A stretch of 34,622 nt of DNA from Catajapyx aquilonaris (taxonomy: Eukaryota). Position numbers and translations under genes: made by a program. Under the pieces are notes generated by a model. The model did not search any database. It was not told the DNA's origin and saw only the letters and a program-made list of their open reading frames with translations. The stretch covers positions 1-34,622 of the forward strand of contig KZ539063.1 of the NCBI GenBank assembly GCA_000934665.2. Reading direction: 5' to 3'. Shown piece after piece: positions 25,796-34,622 of this stretch. Positions within the stretch are counted from its first letter, which is position 1, and each line of letters begins with the position of its first letter.

Positions 25796-25910
25796 CCAAT
25801 CATAATACAGTAACCATGTTTGAAGTGTTGAGTCTTGATGACTGTCACCATTTCATATTGCATAGTCAAAGATATAAATAAAACCAGTCTTCCCTCTATA
25901 AATAAATAAA
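25576..25910. repeat. Inverted repeat with ~95-bp arms enclosing a compound microsatellite (foldback / TE-derived)
   Basis: 25576-25603 vs 25883-25910 are 28/28 complementary, and 25637-25672 vs 25818-25853 are 34/36. The intervening segments are more diverged. Confidence 0.9.
25681..25794. repeat. Compound trinucleotide microsatellite (TAT)3(CAT)5 TAT (TGT)13(TAT)16
   Basis: Read directly; 38 triplets in register. Confidence 0.95.
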
Positions 25911-26881
25911 TAAATAAGATTTCACTGTTTTGGTTAATCGAGATGGCCAGGTGTGCTATTGTCATCCCTGGCTGCCCCATTATGTTATGTCATGATGTAA
26001 TGAATTATTATTATTAGACAGTGAAATATCAGTCTTTCCCGAATGTATCGTTTTCCGGATCAGTCTTCCAATTACTAAGGGTACAGTACCGGAACAACTG
26101 ATATTTAATTGGTTCCCGCATTTATCGCTTTTTTGTCAGGCACAATGGCCTCATGGTCTGCTCCCACAACCACTTCTGTTTTCACAAACACACTTTTAAA
26201 AATTACTTAACAATTATGAATAAATTATAAATAAAAATCTGAAAAATTATCAATAGCACAATAATAAGTAAAATTAAGTAAAATAAAATAGGCAGCTAAT
26301 ATAGTAAATATACTGAACGAGTTATCATAAAGCTATAGGTTAGGAAAAATAAGCGGGCAAGATGTTACCGACGTCACAAGCTTTGTTCGTTACGTTGATG
26401 CTATTGTCGTACATCATGTAGTGATTTTTAAATTGTTGATGCTGCCGGTGGGTTTAATGATGTGGTGGCCAGAGTGCTCAGTTCTGAGAGGGGAATATTA
26501 TATTAAAGCCTGGAATGCAGACTGATCGGTCGAGATGTGAATGAAGATTGCATTATCACTTACTGACTGGAATAATTTTTATCACAAATTTCTCTATAGG
26601 GAACTATATAGTCTCTCTATCAGGAAAATAGATGCGCCCAGGATGTGACCAGGTTGTGACCTTCAGAAAGTGCCCTTATAGACTCTTAGAGGACTACATT
26701 AAACAATACCTAACTCATTTTTGACTTAAATATGACTCATAATTCTGCATTTTACGTCTTCAAAATAATGCATGAGGGATTCGGCCTTAGATTGGTTAGT
26801 AATGAAGCCTTTGATTGTTAGCTGCTCAGTTACTATTGTCGGCAGTCATTGTTGCTCATTGTGACGTCAGGACTACTCCAA

Positions 26882-27011
26882 GGTCGGGTTGTATCAATGT
26901 CGGTAAAGTTTTAATGGCCTATATTTAATTGTTACTAATTATTTCGATGATTTGGTAAACAATGAACAATGCAGGCCGTTAAAACTCTACAGACATTCAT
27001 ACAATACGGAC
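26882..27011. mobile_element. 130-bp palindromic MITE, possibly PIF/Harbinger (Tourist-like)
   Basis: 26889-26920 vs 26973-27004 are 28/32 complementary and pairing continues inward. The termini start with G, and the flanks CAA (26879-26881) and TAA (27012-27014) fit a decayed TAA duplication. Superfamily assignment is inference. Confidence 0.7.
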
Positions 27012-30000
27012 TAACCCTAAATGCTGTACAGGTACTGCGAATTACAGAAATATTGAACAAGAACTTCCTGCTGTTTAGTATCATAACTTGTCACGCAGCC
27101 CGGTTTGTTTGAGGCAGTTGTAGGTGTTTTGTCTTGCCACATGACTTCTGTTTCATTTTTTGCCTCATACAGGCTTATCCTGCACATGTACGAAACTATT
27201 TATTATGCAGATAAGTTTCACTGTATCCTCCGGATCATGGACTCAAGTATTGATTCAAATGCCATAAAATCTCTTCAATCGATGCATGGTGAAATTTACT
27301 ATAGTAAGTGACATCGCATATTTTTAGGGGAGCGTTAAGTTAGACAGCTTCTCTGAATTCCGCCCTGAAAGAGTGATGGGTAAATACTCTTTCTCCCAAT
27401 CAGAAGATAACAGTGGAAAATGTCAAGTGATATTCCGTTGGAGATACTGATTTATGCTTACAATAACGAGATAGGCCTAAGCCAGTTTTTGTTCGCGCTG
27501 TAGCAATGCATAAAAATAAATCCTTAATTTAACAGCCTAGCATATATTAGGCCAGGGAATGTGTCATATAATTTGACATTAATATTCAGAGCCAATATGC
27601 AAGCGCAGTTCACATTTTAATTTTCTGCCGAGCATTTTTTTTTCAGCTTGTACAGCACTGACAGAATTAATTGCCAGTGGGCAAAAGTGCTGCTGAATGA
27701 AAAGCTGCCTGTAGGCCTTTTAAAATACTATTACGTTGAAATCACTGCCTGTAGATCATATGTCTAGTGCATATCTCATTCACATATTAACAATAACAAA
27801 ATGATGCAATGTGTTGACTAGCAATAATTTCCATCGCGGTCATTGTTCATGCTTCTGACAATCTTGTTTAGCTTTTTTGTTACCCATACATTCTTTCTTT
27901 GTTTGGCCTGTAGTTATAGGCGCCTGCAATATGTACCGCTTTATCTTGCTGATAAAAAGCCAATAGGCTGATAGGAACCTGGCTTCCCTTGTGTGCCCTT
28001 TAAAAATATTATGTTACGCGCCTGCTGGATATTCAGGAAGATCTGGTTTTTGAACATTACTTGGCAAGCATTATTTTTGGGAGTTATAATACGTACGTCT
28101 GAATTTAAGACATTGGATACGGTGCCTAGATAGGCAGACTTCTATTCAGCACGTAGCCGTATAACTTTGCCAGTAAAAAGTTATATGTAGGGTAACTTAA
28201 TAAATAAATACATAAGAACAAGCTGCATGAGCCTTATACATAAATACATTTATTTATTAATAACACACCAGAATCCTCTTATGTGAATACTGTGGTCACA
28301 TCATCCCATTAACCCTAATGGAAGCCATGTATAAGGTAAATAGATCATTGTAACAACAGCTTTACGTCACGCCCTACCTGCCGCTTATTATTATCAATAA
28401 CAGCATTATTAATAATATTATTAATACTACCCGACTACACGCGCAATTACAGGCATCGTCCCAGCATTATTGGAATTATATCGCATTCAGGTCCCTGTCA
28501 GGTGCAATTTTGTACATGATAAATGTCAAACGCTGCGCGTCCCAGCCGCACACGCATTGCTGTGCATGTTTAAATACATTTCAAACACGGTCCCCATAAC
28601 CATACCCAATGATCCGGGTCCTAATTTTTCAATCCAATATGCGTGCCCCCAGGCCAGAGAATTTCCCCGTGATTCCACTGACATAATATTGAGCATCCAG
28701 TGGACGTGGGGGAAGGTATTGATTGCCCCCCAAACACACTATGGCAGGGGGGAACTCCAAGAGATATAAGGCTCTCCAGGCGTGTCATTAGTCCAGCCCC
28801 AAAATTATTCCCATATTTCCTAATGCACTTGGCAGTATTCAAGCGACAATATCCACTCCGTAAAGAGGATTATGGGTTAATTTGATACGGACAGACTCTA
28901 ACTGATCCAACCCTTTTTTTTTTGTTCTAGCCCTATGTCTATTCCTACATTATGGCTCCCATCTTTCGCATCTTTACCCCCTTTTTATTCCACCCTTCCT
29001 CACTTTGATAGGGGCAGTATAATTTTGCAGGCCACTTGGAATTTAATGGCGTGCAGCTCCCAATGCAAGTTTCTACGATTGTTCCGCTCGTTTGGAAAAA
29101 AATACTGGCGAGCACAATCACCGACGTGAATTTTTAACACCGATCTATGTCGTTATCGCCAAATATCGTTACGAGCATTGAAACTTAATGGAGGCTGAGT
29201 CATATGAAAAAAAAAAACACAGGAGTCGGATTTATATATAGGAATCGGAGGTTTTGTGCTTGATCGGATTTTTTGCGGCTTCATTTTCAGGGTGTAATAA
29301 CAAGACTTTGGCCCAGTTTGGGATTTATGTGAGTTTGTTTACTGAGGAACAAGTTGAACGGTACAGTCGCAAAGTAACTTTATTGGTTTTTCTCTCTTTT
29401 TTTGTGAAAGTGTACTGTAATGTTGGCATCGATTTTTTTTAAATCCATGTTCGGATATTTTAAAATGAAAATGTGAATTTAGCTAAATCAGTGTTTCACA
29501 AAATAGTATACTGTAATGCATACCCTGTATAGTTGGTAGCACGTGATTGGTAGCTCACTTTCTCCATATAAATTATCAGTTATGGCATAAATTATGAATA
29601 TGCAAACATTCCTATGAAGCCAAATTGTGTTCCCGATGTTTTGATGCACCAGTTATTGTAAATGATTTGTCCACGCTGTGACAAATGCACTTCAGTTTGA
29701 CGCCACATATTTTACCAACACTTCATATTAACTCTATACATTATATGCACAGTACACAACAGGCGACAAGTCCTCGTGTTAAATGATTTACAATGCAATG
29801 TAATATGCGCATAACGTATGCCCTGTTCCACACCACCTGTTTTAACTCTCGGTTACGAGATAACTGTAGCTTTGCGTTCTTTTATAGTTTGTAATTGGCT
29901 GATTGCAAACTAACTGTCCAAAATTCCCCCTGTTCCAGCTTGGGGAGACAAATCAGTTTGAATTACACATTATAACATGACATCTGTTATTCAGAAACAG

Positions 30001-33000
30001 ACCTCAATCACACAGCTCCATATTGCAGATATGTCCCTTTTTGTAGATACGCCTAATCAGACATCAAACACTGTGTCCGATAAGACCTATAATACGTGGA
30101 AACCTCCCCAGTAATATACAGTGCTGAGATGATATCATATATGCAAAGAGCTCGTGTGTCATGTCCCTTGAAGGACTGTGTCACTGCATATCCTGCAAGT
30201 GACTGCGAGTAAAAATGAGTTGACACTGCCCCTCGAATCAAGAGGTCCCCAATTGGAGCGATGTGAAAGGAAGGGGGTAATTCCCGGCCATGTCGGAAGG
30301 CAATCCAGCACATGAGCAGAGTCGGTATCGCCGTCAAACCACACCACTTCAGAGCTTCCCCAACTCGCTTTATTATGAGAGACCCAAATTAATGCATAGC
30401 CCTGCTTTGCACAGACACGGTCGGCGTTTTGCGTGCAAAACGACGACCTTTTCCAGAAAAGGTGATTGTTGTCGCTTCCGTTTGTTGCGCCTTCCTGCCT
30501 GCCGTTTTCCCTATTTTGCACCGGAATTGCCTCTGGCTTGAAGTAAGAGGATGTGGATATATGGAGCGGGTGTGGAGAGAACTGCAGATCACAATTTTGA
30601 AGTACATTTTTTCAGTTAGATTTTTTTTTTTAGAATTGAGAGAAACCAGATTCCGTGCGATATCAGTTGCAGTTAGATTTATTTCGCACCAAGCTGCTCT
30701 ATTAAACAATTACTGTAAAGGGAATATCAAAAGTTTATCTGACAGTAAAAGTGTTTTTTGAAGCACTGGAGGAGAGTCAACAATATATCAATATTGATCT
30801 ATAATTTATTGCAAATCACAGCCTGAATGAGTATTTGTATTCCACCTAACATTTTAAAAGCTAATTTTTGGTAGCTTAGGGTGAAGAAATCGCTGACTGA
30901 AACGGAACACAATGTGTTTTTTTTAATGATGTCATTTCGGGTTAAATGCTTTGTTATACCTACATTTATATTCAGGTTACGTCACAGTTCAGTTATGCGC
31001 TACATGAGAGCCAGCCTTGTCCGCGACAGGTTTTCCGTTTACTTACAAGTACAAGGTGGAGTTTTGTTATGCTTATTCTAGGATTTTATGCCCTGTCTTG
31101 CGTTTACGTTGGTTATATTGGCTCCCTTACGTGACTGACGTGAGGTTGTGCCTTACTGCCAGTGTGTGGATATACACATGCCTTATTTATAATACCGCCA
31201 GAAGCTTGCTATCTGAACACGGGAGCCAAAATATACTGCAACAATTGATAAACGTCTTGCTCACAGCACTAACACTGTAAGTAAAGCAGAATGGTCTCAA
31301 TATTTTTTTTGGTGGGATGTACCCATGTTACATACACCAACAGATGCATCCAATTTTAACACCTTTCTCACTCCAGAAGCTCTCTCATCCCTTCACCTTC
31401 CTACACAAAAAACGCGGAAATGTTGGCATAAACGGGACACAGTACACACAGCATACGTGCTACGTCACTCCAGTGGCCTGACATGCTTTTCTGCCTGGAG
31501 TTCCAAACTGCACGGTTGCAACCCAGGACCTGTTACGAAGTAGCTTTAAGTGGCACAGACCTCAGCCTGCGGGTACCTAAGGGCGTTCCTTTTCACGGAC
31601 CGTGCTGCTGACTATCCAAGAGATATCCTATAGGGATGTCTCAACACTTCGTCTACAACTTTGGGGATTTTGGAAGCGCTTTTGTTTTTACTGCAAAAAG
31701 CTTGGAAGCGGAAAAAATCACGTCTCCTCAGGGGGGAAACTGAATAATCAATTTGTTGTATTACAGTTTAATAGCAGCTTTTTTTGTGTGGTATGCAGGT
31801 ATATCTTCTGCACGTAGTTTTCTAGGGGATTCCAGGCCCTACCATGTTATATAGTCTATCGAACGGACAGGCAGCTGGGAACTCGGCGATTACATGCAAA
31901 TGCCTGCCGGGAATCCATGAAATCGTAATCGAAATGGCGTTCTTGCCATGCTTGCCGTTTTGCCAATTTATTATCCCTGCTCTTTTCCTCACCCCTTGCG
32001 GAAAGTGCGGTTTTTGTGGCCGAAAGATCGGGCTGGGGACGGGAGAGTGCAGGTGACTGGAGGGCAGTTTTATGCAGGCGAGAGACCCCTATCATGGCGA
32101 TAAAAGCTAGCGAATTGTGTCTGTTTGTGTCGCAAAAAAAAAGTGCAAATTTATTGTAAAAGTACTGAAGGTCTGTTCTTGAACGCCAATGTCATACCAA
32201 AATTTTCAAAAAAAAGTAATGATCCAGAAACACACTATATACTGTACAGGTGCCAAAATTAAATTTAGGCCGTTGGATGTTGTACATTGCATTCATATTT
32301 TCCCGCTATAACTATCGACATAATGCTGGCAGTTTCCTCGCCAAGTACTGTTATCTTAAATGCATTAGCATTTATGCAGATTGCGATTTAGATGCCCCAA
32401 GGCTCTAACAGACTAGCCTCCCTTTCCTTATAACAAATTCATGAGTCTCTTAAAGCCCGAATGATTTCCAGTCCCGATTAGAGTCACAGCCCCATGTGTG
32501 TACAAAAAAATGGGTAGTGTGCTGGCAGTTGTAAGTGCAGGCCTCAATAGTGGAGAGAGCTTGGGCCCAATATGCACGAACTACACGCACCGCAGCCTTT
32601 GCGTGACCGCTGCCATAAAAATTGCATCGCTGCAACTCGCTCCCATAAGAACGGCAACTGCTGATTTGACAACGATAATAGCGGACGTCTCCTAAAATAG
32701 CAATGTCGACTCATAAGCGGGCTCAAAAAGACAGGTCCTCCGACCCTTTATTTCAGGCCAAACTGTGCTTAAAGCAATCAGAGGGGGGCAGATAATTATC
32801 GATTTCTGATTGTTGATAATGTACAAGGTGTTCTGCGCAAATTATCCGTATTAGCTGTGTTGCTTATTACCGTGTTCAAGTTAGCCGTATTGTGCTGGTG
32901 CAGTTCAACTATTGACTCGGATGTGAATGTTTAAGCTCTTCATTACATAATAACAAGTACTGTACAGGTAACTGATACACTCTAAATTGAAGATTTGAAA

Positions 33001-34133
33001 AATTGACATGTTTTTTTTTTCAAATACTAGGGGATGCATTTTCCTATCATAAAACTAGTGCGACAATGCTTAATTAAATTTAGATCAAAATTTGACTGAT
33101 CGTTCTCAAATCATGTTTTGATTTTTTTATATACGCTTGAACTAGCACCCACTTACTTTTGATTGAAAGCTTTCTATCAAGCGACTCAATCAATCAACCC
33201 GCGACTTTCCCTTCAACCAGATTGCAATTTATACTCATGTCGAAAAATTTTACCATAAGAATTGAGCCATTGAGCTCCAGTGCCAAAATATGAATTCGGT
33301 CTGTTGAATTCAGTGCAAGCTGCACAATCAGTTGGGCAGATAATTACTGCTTATCTGCTTACTCATGTATATGTGTCAAATAGTGGTCTACCACCCCCAT
33401 ACAACAATTTGGATAGTGAAACTTCAACCCCCATTGTCACCAGCTGCTGATAATGATTTTCAACCAAAGTATGGGCTCCCCTCTATGGTACAGCTTTCGA
33501 TGGGTAAAAAAAAAAATCCGTCCTTTTTGTCAGGAAGCGAGAGACAGAGAGACGGATAGTACAGGGGTGGCAAAAAGGTTACAGAAAAAAAAGTGAGGCG
33601 AGGCACGTCGGTTCCGACAAGTATCAGCACTCCAAGTCGGCAAAAGTTGAGCCCAGGATGCTGTCGTGTCGAGCTCCTATCAAGCGTGAAAAGGCCGCTC
33701 GATCAATGCTCACTCCTACTCCCAAACCGCAATTTATGGCCAGGCACACCGCCATTCATGACCTTCTATCCACAAGAGAGAAGGTGCTGGGTGGTATTGC
33801 CAACAGAAAATATTCGCGGGTCTAAACCAGATTGGGTGATATGCGAGGGGTTGGATGGGGGGGAGAGTTGAAACTGATATAAATTTTTATAATCCCCTAG
33901 AGGATTAGCCTAAGTCCATTAGTTCATTCATAAGCCAATCCACAACTCTGTGCTGATGTCAATAACAATTTTGGTTTGGGGTAGCGGTAATCACATCTGA
34001 TGTACAATCCGGTGCAGCAGCCCATTCCCAGCTGGTTAGCCGTTTACATTATTTTCTACAAGGTGTACAGTGGGTACCAGTTGAAATGTTTGCAATTTTT
34101 TGTTCCAACCTGCTTATTATTGTATGAATTATA

Positions 34134-34189
34134 CAGGGTATCCAAAAAGTCTGGATACATATATGTGTGCAGACTTTTGAGTCACCCTG
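34134..34189. mobile_element. 56-bp Tc1/mariner-like MITE consisting essentially of two TIRs, flanked by TA
   Basis: TA|CAGGGTATCCAAAAAGTCTGGATACAT AT ATGTGTGCAGACTTTTGAGTCACCCTG|TA. CAGGGT termini with a TA duplication are typical of Tc1/mariner. Confidence 0.75.
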
Positions 34190-34236
34190 TATATGGGCTG
34201 GTTGTATCAAATTATTAAATTATGATAAATATCTGA

Positions 34237-34486
34237 ATATTGTGGCTACTTATGACAATGAGATATTTTCTTTAATTTGCGTTTCAGAAACGTTTGGATG
34301 TCCTTAATAATTGTGCAAGAACTCTCGAACCAACTAATGATAATTTATTGTCTCATATTGTGGCTACTTATGACAATTAGAAATTTTCTTTAATTTGCGT
34401 TATGCAACCATTATTTTAGAAACGTTAGGATATCCTTAACAATTATGCAAGAAATCTCGAACCAAAATGACAATTCGACGTGTCCC
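34237..34486. repeat. Two-copy tandem duplication, unit ~118 bp
   Basis: Copies start ATATTGTGGCTACTTATGACAAT at 34237 and 34355 and stay collinear through CTCGAACCAA. Copy 2 has a short insertion around ATGCAACCATTA. Confidence 0.9.
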
Positions 34487-34622
34487 ACCAATTTATCGTC
34501 TCTCTACAAAGTAAAACAAAACCTTTGTTTGTCTATGGTAAATGACTACAATTGAACTGGAGGAGAAAGGCGCAAAGTTTATCTCTGCAACAATCGCAGC
34601 CCGCAGCAAACGAAAACCTAAT

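Noticed and set aside
25548..25980. Poly-L, poly-C/Y and poly-I/T ORFs
   Set aside because: They are translations of the microsatellite and inverted repeat.
34237..34486. CRISPR-like or other prokaryotic array
   Set aside because: Only two long degenerate tandem units with no spacers, in a eukaryotic intron-containing context.

Overview
This is animal genomic DNA from a draft assembly (one 154-N gap, two single Ns), most likely from an arthropod. There are no prokaryotic features, and almost all of the ORF track is noise. I can support one coding feature: the first coding exon (24537-24791, minus strand, 85 codons) of an AUTS2/FBRSL1-family gene of the arthropod tay (tay bridge) type. It ends in EEDIVDGFAILAFKTYDDLQ at a perfect CAG|GTAAGT donor. 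Positions 1-24536 appear to be its first intron (at least 24.5 kb); I recognise no second exon. Positions 24792-25350 hold a GA-repeat-rich leader/promoter, and the rest is upstream non-coding DNA. Several palindromic MITE-like elements, hairpins, microsatellites and short duplications are visible. The most unusual signal lies about 150 nt into the intron: a polypyrimidine tract ending in an overlapping acceptor/donor (TATAG/GTAAGT) whose use would put a stop codon directly after exon 1, followed by a cluster of G-quadruplex motifs. I see no clear evidence of a wholly new biological system; the findings are regulatory or repeat hypotheses that need testing.
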